Below, in pieces: positions 53,611 through 63,254 of a DNA stretch of 64,000 bases. The DNA is taken from IMG/VR virus record IMGVR_UViG_3300029911_000001, positions 124,001 to 188,000 of that record. The stretch is one strand, 5' to 3'. The notes beneath the pieces are model-generated. The model was not told the DNA's origin. It did not search any database and saw nothing but the letters and a program-made list of their open reading frames with translations. Position 1 is the stretch's first letter. Each line of letters begins with the position of its first letter. The position numbers were made by a program, and so were the translations under genes.

Positions 53611-54574
53611 AGTAAATTTCGTCTACAGCACTGACTGGCATCTCTCCACGAAGCCGCCCGGTCGTAGGCAGGACGATTACCAGTCCTCCATCCTCGCCAA
53701 GATAGCATTCATCCGCGACCTTACCTTGAAGCTCAAGGGTGTGGCTCTTTGCGGGGGTGACATATTCCACGTCAAGAACCCTAAGTCCCCCGCCAATGGG
53801 TTCAGCCTTCTTTTCCCTCTGTTGCATTTGTTGAGAGAGTTTCCGGTTTACACTGCCATTGGAAATCACGACCTTTCATTCGACAGAATGGATACGATTC
53901 CCACCCAACCCATCGGTTTGCTATTTGCAGCTAAAGCTTGCCACAATCTGAACGATGAGCCTGTCCTATTCGTCAACGAGGCAGAGACAGTCAACGTGCT
54001 GGTGGAGACGTTCCCCTATGAGCATGGTGCCGAGACTCTTCAGCGGCTCCTCGCCACAGGGCCTCGGCCAGATGGCGTTCAGCATCGCATCGCGATTGTC
54101 CACTCGTATGGTGAGCCGGGGAATGGTGGTGGTATGTTTGGTGAAGCGATTGGCTACAACCAGATTGAGCACCTAGACTATGACTTCATGCTGTGGGGAC
54201 ACGACCACTCTCGTCACGAGACGGTTGAAGTCGGAGGAATAACACACGTTAACCTTGGCTCACTCGCTCGTGCTGCATATGATTACGATGAAGTGACGCG
54301 ACCTGTCGTGGCGACCATTCTGTCTTTCGCTGAAGACGGTATTAGATATAAGGAAAAGGAAATCCCGGTCAGCCCTCTGAACATTGCGTTCAAGACGGCG
54401 GACAAGGAAGTCGTTGACGTGGTGAAGTCGGACGAACTGAAAGAGTTCTTCATCGCCATGGACGAGCAGGTTGGGGACATCGAGTCAACCGACCCACGAG
54501 AAGTCATCAACGCTCTCTGCCCAGCCGATGAACCGAAGCTGCGTTCCTTGATTACTGAACTATGTGAACTATAA
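53582..54574 (+). CDS. SbcD/Mre11-like nuclease
   Basis: TDWH, GGD, GNHD, VHS, GHDH, GSLAR. Confidence 0.82.
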   Translation: MKIVKLQHDRVNFVYSTDWHLSTKPPGRRQDDYQSSILAKIAFIRDLTLKLKGVALCGGDIFHVKNPKSPANGFSLLFPLLHLLREFPVYTAIGNHDLSFDRMDTIPTQPIGLLFAAKACHNLNDEPVLFVNEAETVNVLVETFPYEHGAETLQRLLATGPRPDGVQHRIAIVHSYGEPGNGGGMFGEAIGYNQIEHLDYDFMLWGHDHSRHETVEVGGITHVNLGSLARAAYDYDEVTRPVVATILSFAEDGIRYKEKEIPVSPLNIAFKTADKEVVDVVKSDELKEFFIAMDEQVGDIESTDPREVINALCPADEPKLRSLITELCEL

Positions 54575-54589
54575 TAGAGGTCTTTATTC

Positions 54590-55321
54590 ATGATAGTTTA
54601 CATGGTTTACAACAGAGTCAACGGGAAGCAGTATGTAGGAAAGACCGTAAAATATGTAGCACGTAGGTGGTCGGAGCATCTAGCTGCGGCTAAACGGGGG
54701 AGTAAATACTACCTTCATGCAGCAATACGTAAGTACGGTGTAGGGGCTTTTTTGGTTGTACCCTTATCCCATGGGGCATCCTCTGAAGAAGAGTTAGCCG
54801 AACAAGAGAGGTACTTTATCCAAAGGTATCATACTAACGATACAACCCTTGGCTATAATCTCACAGATGGGGGTGAGGGTACCACTGGATTTAGGCATTC
54901 AGCAGAAACCAAAGATAAATTGCGTAAGTCCAAACTAGGCGTCCCCTCGTGGAACAAAGGTGTATCTCCTAGTGACGCCACTCGAAAGAAGATAGGGGCT
55001 GCACATAAAGGCAACAAATACTGTGTGGGCAGAACGCTGTCAGATGCGACTAAACAAAAAATTTCCATGAAGGCTAGGGGGAGACCCACATCAGACACGT
55101 TACGTCAAGTTCGGTCTCAAAATGCTCAGGGGTCAAATAATCCAATGTATGGTCGGAGCCAGAAAGAAACTACCCGTAATTTTATTAGTCAGAAACGTTT
55201 AGAACGAGAAAAGACAGACCACACGTCATCTCGCAATATTATTAGGGTCAATCATGTTCGATGGCATACTAATCGGGGTATTGTAAGTAACGACTGTAGC
55301 TATTGCGAAGGCGCGGCATGA
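54590..55321 (+). CDS. GIY-YIG homing endonuclease with NUMOD3 repeats
   Basis: IVYMVYNRVNGKQYVGKT, E...I, GYNLTDGGEG, GFRHSAETK. Confidence 0.9.
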   Translation: MIVYMVYNRVNGKQYVGKTVKYVARRWSEHLAAAKRGSKYYLHAAIRKYGVGAFLVVPLSHGASSEEELAEQERYFIQRYHTNDTTLGYNLTDGGEGTTGFRHSAETKDKLRKSKLGVPSWNKGVSPSDATRKKIGAAHKGNKYCVGRTLSDATKQKISMKARGRPTSDTLRQVRSQNAQGSNNPMYGRSQKETTRNFISQKRLEREKTDHTSSRNIIRVNHVRWHTNRGIVSNDCSYCEGAA

Positions 55322-55693
55322 TTCTAGTCAAGACACAACTTGGGCCAAGCACAGTCCATGGGCTGGGGTTGTTCGCTGCTGAATTCATTCCCAAGGGCAC
55401 GGTCATATGGGAGTTCCGAGAAGGAGTAGACCACCGCATCCCCAAGGAATTGGTGGACGAATTGCCGGAACCGGCACGTTCGACCGTTCGCCACTATTCG
55501 GCTTTATGGGGTGGGGGGTTACGTCGTATCGGCGGATGACGCAAGGTACTTCAACCATTCGGATACGCCTAACCTGATGACCCTTGCGGAGCCGGATGTA
55601 GACATAGCGGTTCGTGACATCCACCCCGGAGAAGAGTTGTTCGAAAACTATTTTGAATTCGATGAAGACGCAGCAGAAAAATTAGGAGTGTAA
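55318..55693 (+). pseudogene. SET-domain protein split by a frameshift at a G6 run
   Basis: GPSTVHGLGLFAAEFIPKG in one frame; YFNHSDTPN...RDIHPGEELFENY in the +1 frame; G6 at 55513-55518. Confidence 0.85.
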
Positions 55694-55837
55694 CGATGAT
55701 TGTTAGCTGTGATAAATGTGGCGACGTGTTCAACGACGAGTTTGTATCGACAGTGTGCCCTCACAAGGGGATTGGGTACTGTAGGCGATGCGATTGCATC
55801 ATCTGCGTATGCTACGTAGAGAAAGAGGAAGTGACTA

Positions 55838-56281
55838 ATGATTCTCGCACATAACGTAAAAATCATATACTTGGCAGGTCCTATCAACAGTTGCACCGAT
55901 GAAGAGTGTAAGGACTGGCGTGCAGCGGCCAAGAAGTATTTCAACCACAACAGTGAAGAGATTGGCCCCATTCGCGTCCTCGACCCTATGCGTCGTGACT
56001 ATCGTGGGCAGGAGATGAGCCCCCACATCCGCCACCTGATTGTGAAGGGCGACAAGACCGACTACCGTTCCGCCGACATCCTATTGGTCTACTCACCCAA
56101 GCCCAGCTACGGCACGGCCATGGAGATGTTCGACGCCTACGAGAATCTGGACAAGTGGGTGGTCGTGGTCAACGCCGACGAATTCCCCTCCCCTTGGCTT
56201 GCTGAGCACTGCGATTACCGCGTACCTACGTTCGAGCTTGCGTTTGAGACCATCAAGGGAATCATCAAGGAAATGCAGTGA
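55838..56281 (+). CDS. Nucleoside 2-deoxyribosyltransferase-like protein
   Basis: IYLAGPI, VLDPM, DILLV, YGTAME. Confidence 0.8.
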   Translation: MILAHNVKIIYLAGPINSCTDEECKDWRAAAKKYFNHNSEEIGPIRVLDPMRRDYRGQEMSPHIRHLIVKGDKTDYRSADILLVYSPKPSYGTAMEMFDAYENLDKWVVVVNADEFPSPWLAEHCDYRVPTFELAFETIKGIIKEMQ

Positions 56282-56499
56282 GCGAACTAGAATACCTCGC
56301 GCTCACCCCGGTTTACGAGCTAGTTACGGTTGAAGGGGTCACCTACTATACCACACCGAATGGCAAGAACGATTTCAGTGAGGAGAAGAACGCCCTCATT
56401 CGCCTTCATACGCCCCCCAAGGCTGTGGTTGTGAAGCCGAAGGCTCTCCCGGCTCCGGTGGCTGAACCTAATAATAAGAGGAAGAAATCCGCCTCGTAA
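56278..56499 (+). CDS. Small hypothetical protein
   Basis: GTGA coupling. Confidence 0.55.
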   Translation: MSELEYLALTPVYELVTVEGVTYYTTPNGKNDFSEEKNALIRLHTPPKAVVVKPKALPAPVAEPNNKRKKSAS

Positions 56500-56585
56500 G
56501 AGCAAAACAGATCAGTGCGACGCCGCACATAGGGGTATAACCAGAGGTGTGCAAAGTGCATGTACGCAAATGAAGGGAGAATCAC

Positions 56586-56765
56586 ATGCCCCAGCCTATC
56601 CACGTCGTCCCTGCCCCTCGTGCTTCCAACGTCATCTATTTTGTTCATACTTCCGGCTTCGCAGCATGGAAGAACCAGCGCAAGGCGGCTATGGACGCCG
56701 AAGCTGACAAGGCTCTGATTGAAGAGACCGCCGATGCTCCGCCCCCATTTGAGTTGCCATACTAA
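56586..56765 (+). CDS. Small hypothetical protein (59 aa), not in the ORF track
   Basis: RBS GGGAG; MPQPIHVVPAPRASNVIYF... Confidence 0.55.
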   Translation: MPQPIHVVPAPRASNVIYFVHTSGFAAWKNQRKAAMDAEADKALIEETADAPPPFELPY

Positions 56766-56797
56766 AGGGTTGACTCTGGAGTTTCCATACATGTAAC

Positions 56798-57460
56798 ATG
56801 TTGAGTATGGAAATTTTAAAGGGCTACCCTAACATCTTCTTCACATCAGATTTGCACTTTGACCACCAGTTCATGGTGAAGGGTAAGGTCGATGAGAATG
56901 GTGTGCTCCTCCCCGGAGCCACCATTCCCCGACCTATGTTCTCTACTGTGGATGAGATGAATGAAACCATCATTGCTCGGAACAACGAGCGGGTAAGACC
57001 CGGTGACCTTGTGTACGACCTTGGTGACTTCGCGGTTAAGACCACTGAAGAGAGAGCGATGGCTTATCGCAAGCGGCTTATTGGTCAGCGGTATCAGTTT
57101 GAGGGTAATCACGACCAGATTGCAACTAAGCTTGCCAAGAAGGGGGCGTTCATCTGGTACAGGCAGCTTGAAGAACTCAGCCTCGGGAGCCCTTACTTTG
57201 AAGGGGATAAGCGTCAGCTTATTGTTCTTTGCCACTACGCCATGAAAGTGTGGCACAATAGTTTCAGAGGGGCATTCATGCTCTATGGACATTCACATGG
57301 AATGCTCCCTGAAGACCACACTCTTTCTTTTGATGTTGGAGTGGATGTTTGGGATTTCTACCCGGTTAGTATCGAAGAAGTCAAGGCAAAGATGGTACGG
57401 AAATTGCCAGCGTGGTTGGAGTACCAAGAGACCCTTAAGGGTTTGGGGAGGGTGGAATAG
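56798..57460 (+). CDS. Calcineurin-like phosphoesterase
   Basis: FTSDLHFDH, LGDF, GNHD, LCHY, LYGHSH, DVGVD. Confidence 0.9.
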   Translation: MLSMEILKGYPNIFFTSDLHFDHQFMVKGKVDENGVLLPGATIPRPMFSTVDEMNETIIARNNERVRPGDLVYDLGDFAVKTTEERAMAYRKRLIGQRYQFEGNHDQIATKLAKKGAFIWYRQLEELSLGSPYFEGDKRQLIVLCHYAMKVWHNSFRGAFMLYGHSHGMLPEDHTLSFDVGVDVWDFYPVSIEEVKAKMVRKLPAWLEYQETLKGLGRVE

Positions 57461-57914
57461 GCTTTCCCGCCCGAACCCACCGTTGAAGTTTGGGACGGGT
57501 CATGTTTAGGGCTTGTGCTGCGAGAGAAAGGGAGCCGTATTCCACCCCGTTAATGGTGATAGGGGTGGCACGTGGGTGTTCGTTTCCCGCTTTGAATGAG
57601 GTAGTAGTGGGCTTCCCATAAAAGTGATGGCTGTCTCCCTTGGCGTAGGGTCGCTTGGCTATTTTCTTCTTTGCTTTATCCGTGTGAGTTTTACCATAGA
57701 AAGGATTTCCGCTTCCTAAGATGCGGGGTCTAGGTCCGCATAGATTAGCCCGATGTTCAGCCGTCTTGGGCTTCCCTTTTAGCGCATCACTTATGTGTTT
57801 ATTCCACTCCAGCGTTCTACTGGTTGATGTGTTCCCACCGTCCCCACCACAGGTAATGTTGTATCCAAGGGTTTGAGTTTGCTGTTTGGCGATAAGTTCC
57901 TTATTTGGGCATTG
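57435..57914 (-). pseudogene. N-terminally truncated GIY-YIG/NUMOD3 endonuclease, not in the ORF track
   Basis: Open 160 codons: KELIAKQQTQTLGYNITCGGDG...GNPFYGKTHTDKAKKKI...INGVEYGSLSLAAQALN; TGA immediately upstream and no usable start. Confidence 0.85.
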
Positions 57915-57934
57915 TCATGGAATGGGAGAGAGTA

Positions 57935-58138
57935 ATGGCTATCATGGCTGACGAAAAAGAGGAAGCACGTATCGCCAAGCTGGAAGCTTTCTACAAAGCT
58001 GTAATCGACTTAACCCTTAACCATGACACCCTTAATTCACCGATATGGGGTGGAGAGGAAGAGCACGCTGTAGTATTCCCAAGTAAGCTGGGTGCTGCAC
58101 TCGAAAAGGTTGACCCGGAGTGGTATCGTAACACCTAA
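57935..58138 (+). CDS. Small hypothetical protein
   Basis: RBS GGGAG. Confidence 0.55.
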   Translation: MAIMADEKEEARIAKLEAFYKAVIDLTLNHDTLNSPIWGGEEEHAVVFPSKLGAALEKVDPEWYRNT

Positions 58139-58165
58139 AATCGCTGGTATTAGTGTCTGGAGGAT

Positions 58166-58627
58166 TTGATGTCCCTAGACCAACCTAAACCAGATAACTA
58201 TTCTATCGCTGTTCAATCCAATGTTGCCACGCAGATTCAACCCCTTCCCATATCAGGTGATATAGATGTTGCCCATGCTGTCACTGCTAACCTGCGTCAG
58301 ATGGGGTTTAACTCTATCTGCGAGGACATCGAAGCTCGTGTGGCCTTAGGTGAGCAGAAGTATGGAAGCCGCCTGAAAGCGTTCAATGGCCGTGATGTCC
58401 TTACCGATTTAGGACAAGAGGTTCTGGACGCAATTAACTATGCCAAACAAGCTGAGATTGAAGGGCGAGATGATGGCTCCCTTTTTCAGTTGGTAGTGGC
58501 GGTCGCTGTTTTGGTTGAGGGTAAGTGGAAATTCAAACTGGATGGGTATCAAGAAAATGAACTATGGGACTCTTTATTGAGGTCTATAGATGAGATTATC
58601 CAAAGAAAAGCAAGCCGCAGTCGTTGA
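58166..58627 (+). CDS. Hypothetical protein
   Basis: RBS GGAGG; RVALGEQKYG...QEVLDAINY motif. Confidence 0.65.
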   Translation: MMSLDQPKPDNYSIAVQSNVATQIQPLPISGDIDVAHAVTANLRQMGFNSICEDIEARVALGEQKYGSRLKAFNGRDVLTDLGQEVLDAINYAKQAEIEGRDDGSLFQLVVAVAVLVEGKWKFKLDGYQENELWDSLLRSIDEIIQRKASRSR

Positions 58628-59400
58628 AGCCTACAGCCAAGGGGCTTCATGTAAGCAGGTAGGTCGGGACTTTAGCATAAGTCCTCAGACAGTATCCAAT
58701 TTGCTTAAGCGAACCGGCTTATCAGCTAGAGCCGACTTTCGGCTACCAATTCATAATGAAACCGCTTTTAGTTGCATCACCCCCACCTCTGCGTATTGGG
58801 CGGGATTTCTTCTTGCAGATGGGTGTATCCACTTCCATTTGGGACGTTACCCAAAGGTGATTCTCGAACTCGGACTTCCATTTGGGACGTTACCCAAAGG
58901 TGATTCTCGAACTCGGGATTGAGGACAGGGAACACGTTGAAAAATTTAGAGAATTTCTTCAAGCAGAGGCGGGGGTAAAGGTTAGTCATAAAGGGGCTGC
59001 GGCGAGATTTGAAGTTACCAGTCAACGGTTGGTGTCTGACCTGCTATCGTTAGGAATAACTGAACGTAAGAGTCTGACAGCGACTGTCAGCCCCTCACTA
59101 GAAAATAATCGGGATTTCTGGCGGGGGGTGATAGACGGTGATGGGTGGCTGGGATACAACTCGGGGAATGGACGACCCCACATTGGTTTGATTGGGACTA
59201 GAGCCACAATAGAGTCTTTTCAAGACTTTTGTGGTATAGAGGGTACTGTGGGTACCCAATATAAGATGTCCACAGCAGTCTACTATTCACGCAAAGCAGC
59301 TAAAGTAGCTAGGGTACTTTACGCTGAAACCAAATTGTATTTGGATAGAAAGAAAATTTTGGCAGACAGTATTATGGAATATAGGAAGGAACAACTATGA
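58590..59400 (+). pseudogene. Two-motif LAGLIDADG homing endonuclease frameshifted by a 43-bp duplication
   Basis: YWAGFLLADG in the first frame, FWRGVIDGDG in the second; removing one copy gives 768 nt in a single frame. Confidence 0.9.
58831..58916 (+). repeat. Perfect 43-bp tandem duplication
   Basis: ACTTCCATTTGGGACGTTACCCAAAGGTGATTCTCGAACTCGG at 58831 and 58874. Confidence 0.95.
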
Positions 59401-59855
59401 CTATGAAAATAGCTGGAAGCTCCACGGTGAACGACCCCTTGTTCGAACCTTGCAACAAGGTTACCTTCGTGCCCAACGCAGACGGCCCGACGCGGGATGA
59501 GTTTATCAAGCAGCGGTATGGAGTAGACCCGGACGATGTTATCGCCGTCCCCTTCTCTGAGCTTGAAGGAACTGTACTCACTCAAGTAGACTCCAACTTC
59601 ACTTATCAAGGCTCCCCCGTGTCCATGGACGTTACTGGCGACGTGCAGACTCTTCGCGTTGAGCCGGAGCCTGTCACCAAACTGGGTGAGCAGTTGGCAA
59701 CCGAGTTGGACTCCTTCGACTCTCCTACAGCCGCTGACATTTCCACCCCTAGCTCTACCTACATTGTAGGTGCCTACGAGAGTGGAGAACCGGCCAAGAT
59801 GGTCATCGACTCCGAAGAGAAGATGGAGCAGCTTGAGAAGAAGGCCACTGCATGA
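59397..59855 (+). CDS. Acidic hypothetical protein
   Basis: 152 aa, coupled. Confidence 0.65.
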   Translation: MTMKIAGSSTVNDPLFEPCNKVTFVPNADGPTRDEFIKQRYGVDPDDVIAVPFSELEGTVLTQVDSNFTYQGSPVSMDVTGDVQTLRVEPEPVTKLGEQLATELDSFDSPTAADISTPSSTYIVGAYESGEPAKMVIDSEEKMEQLEKKATA

Positions 59856-60085
59856 TTGAACATGGCATCCCCATTCCAGAATCGACTGAAGCGGAACTCC
59901 ACATCCGCATCCCTGACCTTCTGCAAATGAAGGTCGGGGACTCTACTCTCATTGACGAGAACGAGATAGGTAGAGTTGGTCATATTGAACTGGCCGTATG
60001 GGGTATGAAGCGTAACCAGCAGCACAAGCTGGTTCACATGGACAAGGTACTTGACGGTAAGGCACGTATCTGGAGAACGCGGTAA
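59852..60085 (+). CDS. Small hypothetical protein
   Basis: MKVGDS...RIWRT motif. Confidence 0.6.
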   Translation: MIEHGIPIPESTEAELHIRIPDLLQMKVGDSTLIDENEIGRVGHIELAVWGMKRNQQHKLVHMDKVLDGKARIWRTR

Positions 60086-60088
60086 CTC

Positions 60089-60880
60089 ATGGGCAATAAC
60101 TACAGCAAGAAAATCAAAGCTGCTAAGACTACCAAGACACGTGCAACGAAAGAGTCGGCGACGATTCCATGGAAGAGAGAGATGGAGCCCGAGGCTCCTT
60201 ATCATCCGAGTGCAAAGCTGGCGACTCTAAAGGTCATTCCACGCTCAGTGAACCAGAAGGCATACCTCGATGCCATCGACAAGCATGATATGGTGTTTGG
60301 TATTGGACCTGCGGGGACAGGAAAGACGTTCCTCGCCGTCGCCAAGGCGGTGCAGTGGCTGGCGAAGAAGAACAACCGCCTCGTGCTCATCCGCCCTGCG
60401 GTTGAAGCGGGTGAGAGTCTCGGCTTCCTCCCCGGCTCCATGCAGGAGAAGGTTGACCCGTATCTCCGCCCCATCTACGATGCTCTTTATGCTCTGATGC
60501 CTTCCCCACTGGTGAACAAGTATCTAGAAGATGGCGTCATTGAAGTGGCTGCGGTGGCGTTTCTGCGAGGTCGTACATTGAACAACTGCTTCGTGATTGT
60601 AGATGAAGCTCAGAACACCACTCGTGAGCAGATGAAGATGATTTTAACTCGTATGGGTGAGGGCTCCAAGTTTGTCATCAATGGTGACGACACGCAGATT
60701 GACATCAGGCCCAAGTTCGACAGCGGCATCATTCATGCCGAGAAGGTACTCGAACGGGTACTCAAGATTCACTTCCAGTATTTCGAGGACGAAGACATTG
60801 TTCGTCACCCGCTGGTGAAGGAGATTGTTGAAGCCTACCGGGAGGAAGAGTACGCGGAGGAAGAGAATGACCCCGCGTGA
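60089..60880 (+). CDS. phoH: PhoH-family ATPase
   Basis: [39 protein letters not shown]. Confidence 0.95.
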   Translation: MGNNYSKKIKAAKTTKTRATKESATIPWKREMEPEAPYHPSAKLATLKVIPRSVNQKAYLDAIDKHDMVFGIGPAGTGKTFLAVAKAVQWLAKKNNRLVLIRPAVEAGESLGFLPGSMQEKVDPYLRPIYDALYALMPSPLVNKYLEDGVIEVAAVAFLRGRTLNNCFVIVDEAQNTTREQMKMILTRMGEGSKFVINGDDTQIDIRPKFDSGIIHAEKVLERVLKIHFQYFEDEDIVRHPLVKEIVEAYREEEYAEEENDPA

Positions 60881-61295
60881 AGAGTACGAAGCAGTATTGA
60901 AAGAGTACGACCTTCGACAGGCACGGGAAGAGGCTGAGGTCGAAGCTGAATACTACCGGATGGTCAAGCCGATGCTGGAGCAGTACGTCGGTGCTAAGGT
61001 ATGTGACGCCACTATCTCTGCCATCACGTCCGATTGCATGAACCTTGCTCGTCACTTGTCGATGAGGTTCAGGGATGAGTACGAAATCCTTCTCGGCTAC
61101 AACGAGGAAGACCGGTCTATCAATATCGGCTACAGGATCAAGCCTCGCATCTTCGAACCTAATCTTATCCGGGAGCCTTCTGGATTCACTCGGCTGCTTC
61201 CTAAGTATGACGACATCACACTCCCGTCATCTTACGACGACCTATATCTAAAGTCACCGGAGCATGAGGAAGAGGAAGAGAGCGAAGAGGAATGA
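60867..61295 (+). CDS. Hypothetical protein
   Basis: ATG 60867 with RBS GGAAGAG. Confidence 0.6.
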   Translation: MTPREEYEAVLKEYDLRQAREEAEVEAEYYRMVKPMLEQYVGAKVCDATISAITSDCMNLARHLSMRFRDEYEILLGYNEEDRSINIGYRIKPRIFEPNLIREPSGFTRLLPKYDDITLPSSYDDLYLKSPEHEEEEESEEE

Positions 61296-61783
61296 CGATG
61301 GGGACGGGTAGACCTAAAAAAGAGAGCACAGAACTCACCTTCTCCTTAGAGAAGGAACAGGAGTTGATGCGTGCTCGGATGGCTGAAAAGTTTCCTTCTC
61401 CAAATACCGTCTCGTTGAGTGCTCAGTTGAACCATCTTGACGAGGTTCCTAGTAGAATCCCGACACCTGAGCCACTTAAAACTAAGGCGGTGCTCTACGC
61501 AAGAGTGTCTACTAAAACACAGAGTCTGGAGAACCAATTACTGGCTCTACGTAAATATGCTGCCCACAAAGGGTTATTGGTGGTAGGAGAATACTCAGAC
61601 TCTATCCACGGCTCTAATTCCATACGAGAGGGGCTAAACACCCTACTATTAGCTGGTAAATGTGGGGAGTTCGGTAAGGTTTTAGTTACAGCCTACGACC
61701 GAGTGGCACGGGATACTAAACTGTTCCTTCACATCGTAGACATCCTCGGGGGGTGGGGAGTGAAACACCATGGAGTCAAATGA
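61292..61783 (+). CDS. Serine recombinase catalytic domain, short C-terminus
   Basis: AVLYARVSTKTQSLENQL, YSD, R.GL..LL, DRVAR. Confidence 0.8.
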   Translation: MTMGTGRPKKESTELTFSLEKEQELMRARMAEKFPSPNTVSLSAQLNHLDEVPSRIPTPEPLKTKAVLYARVSTKTQSLENQLLALRKYAAHKGLLVVGEYSDSIHGSNSIREGLNTLLLAGKCGEFGKVLVTAYDRVARDTKLFLHIVDILGGWGVKHHGVK

Positions 61784-62717
61784 AATGAATGTAACATATC
61801 AAAGGGTAGCAGACACCTTTTCAGGTGAAATCCACCGGCTCTTCTTATCTGAAGACAGTATGAAGGCGGAGTTCTCCAAACAGTTTTCTCATGTAGAGTT
61901 TGACAGAACCATGCACGGTTCTACCCTTCTCTATAAACTCTTTCGTGACTGCTGGTATGCGACCGGCCCTGAGGTCAAGTGTGAGCCTACAGGCTACGAC
62001 CGGTTGTTCGTCTGTCGCAAGCTCTACCATCTTCTCGATTACAATCTGTTCACTCAGGTTCTCCTCAACCTTCAGTCGTACGCTGGCATGTCTTACTACA
62101 CTGAGGGTGCCATGAAGGAGATGGACGCTCTCAAGGAGTCGTGGCCGAAGGATGCGAAGCTGAACCCCTTCGAGCCCAAAGTCAAGATGGTGAAGAACGC
62201 TACGACCGATGAGGAGAAGCGTTACAACAACCTGCTGAGCACGCTCAAGGGTCTGAAGATTATCTCGCAGTTCACTCCGCAGGTAAGCTTCCGCATCAGC
62301 CCCATGGGTTCGACGCCAGCGTTCGCCGACTCTCGCAACATCTCCATGATTGGAATCGGTGGCGACAAGTATCTCAAGACCTTGCCCAACCTCAGCCCCT
62401 TCTACATCCACTGGGCACCGGGCACGACGCCGGAGATGGCTAGGTTCAGCCTCACTGGGTTTACAGTGGAGGGTATCGCATACCCATTCATTTCGAAATC
62501 GGGGGGTGAGATTCTGCAAGAGGTTCTGTTCGCCCGGAAGATTATGGCGGAGGTCTTCGCTCATCATGACATCACTGCTGAAATGTGTGTGATGGTACCC
62601 CGCATGAACTCCGTATTGATTGTTACGGACAAGGAAGGTATTCACTTGAAGGCTGCGTTCGACAAGCTGAAGGTACAGTACCCGATGCTTGAACTCGCAG
62701 AGGGAGGTCGTGTATGA
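61770..62717 (+). CDS. Hypothetical protein
   Basis: 315 aa, host-like codons. Confidence 0.7.
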   Translation: MESNEMNVTYQRVADTFSGEIHRLFLSEDSMKAEFSKQFSHVEFDRTMHGSTLLYKLFRDCWYATGPEVKCEPTGYDRLFVCRKLYHLLDYNLFTQVLLNLQSYAGMSYYTEGAMKEMDALKESWPKDAKLNPFEPKVKMVKNATTDEEKRYNNLLSTLKGLKIISQFTPQVSFRISPMGSTPAFADSRNISMIGIGGDKYLKTLPNLSPFYIHWAPGTTPEMARFSLTGFTVEGIAYPFISKSGGEILQEVLFARKIMAEVFAHHDITAEMCVMVPRMNSVLIVTDKEGIHLKAAFDKLKVQYPMLELAEGGRV

Positions 62718-62825
62718 TAAAGAAACTGAAGTTCTGCATCGGTTATGCGTGGGCTGCTTGCCGTATGACTTGGGACATGTTGAAGACCCTCGGCAAAGGC
62801 TAACGAAAGAAATTCAAAATAAGTG

Positions 62826-62853
62826 TTTACTTTCTCGAACTTCGTAGTATTAT
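62826..62853 (+). promoter_or_regulatory. Sigma70-like promoter of tRNA operon 2
   Basis: TTTACT-16 nt-TATTAT. Confidence 0.6.
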
Positions 62854-62923
62854 GTATAAGAAGTCGCTGCCGGAGCCATCTCTGCACACGCACATGGCCG
62901 GGGCAAGACAAAAGGAATTGAAA

Positions 62924-63013
62924 ATGAACCGTCTCTCACACAACACGACCCTCGGACTAAGCTTGTATTACCTGCTTAGCAGCGGCCTCGTGCTGTCCGA
63001 CAGACCCTCCTAA
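62924..63013 (+). CDS. 29-aa attenuator-like leader peptide (Leu/Ser/Tyr-rich)
   Basis: RBS AAGGA; MNRLSHNTTLGLSLYYLLSSGLVLSDRPS*. Confidence 0.75.
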   Translation: MNRLSHNTTLGLSLYYLLSSGLVLSDRPS

Positions 63014-63068
63014 CAAGAGCAAGGTTCAAGGATACACGAAGCCGCCCGAAAGGGTGGCTTTTAGTTTT
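62982..63068 (+). terminator. Overlapping antiterminator (62982-63045) and intrinsic terminator (63039-63068)
   Basis: Terminator AAGCCGCCC-GAAA-GGGTGGCTT plus TTAGTTTT; GCGGCCTCGTG(C)TGTCC can pair with GGATACACGAAGCCGC. Confidence 0.82.
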
Positions 63069-63155
63069 GGGCAGATGCGTGAGTGGCTAAAACGGGCTGG
63101 CTGTAACCCAGCTTCCCTAGTGGATTCGGAGGTTCAAATCCTCCTCTGCCCACCA
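63069..63155 (+). tRNA. tRNA-Tyr(GUA)
   Basis: GCTGG-CT-GTA-AC-CCAGC; long variable arm; CCA. Confidence 0.93.
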
Positions 63156-63166
63156 AAATTGAATAC

Positions 63167-63254
63167 GCAAGTAAGGCGACTATCGGTTGGTCGCACCGGG
63201 CTGTAAACTCGTTGCCCTAAAAAGCCGCTGGGGGTTCGACTCCCTCTACTTGCA
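63167..63254 (+). tRNA. tRNA-Tyr(GUA), second divergent copy, CCA not encoded
   Basis: GCAAGTA/TACTTGC-A; loop CT-GTA-AA; long variable arm. Confidence 0.8.
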
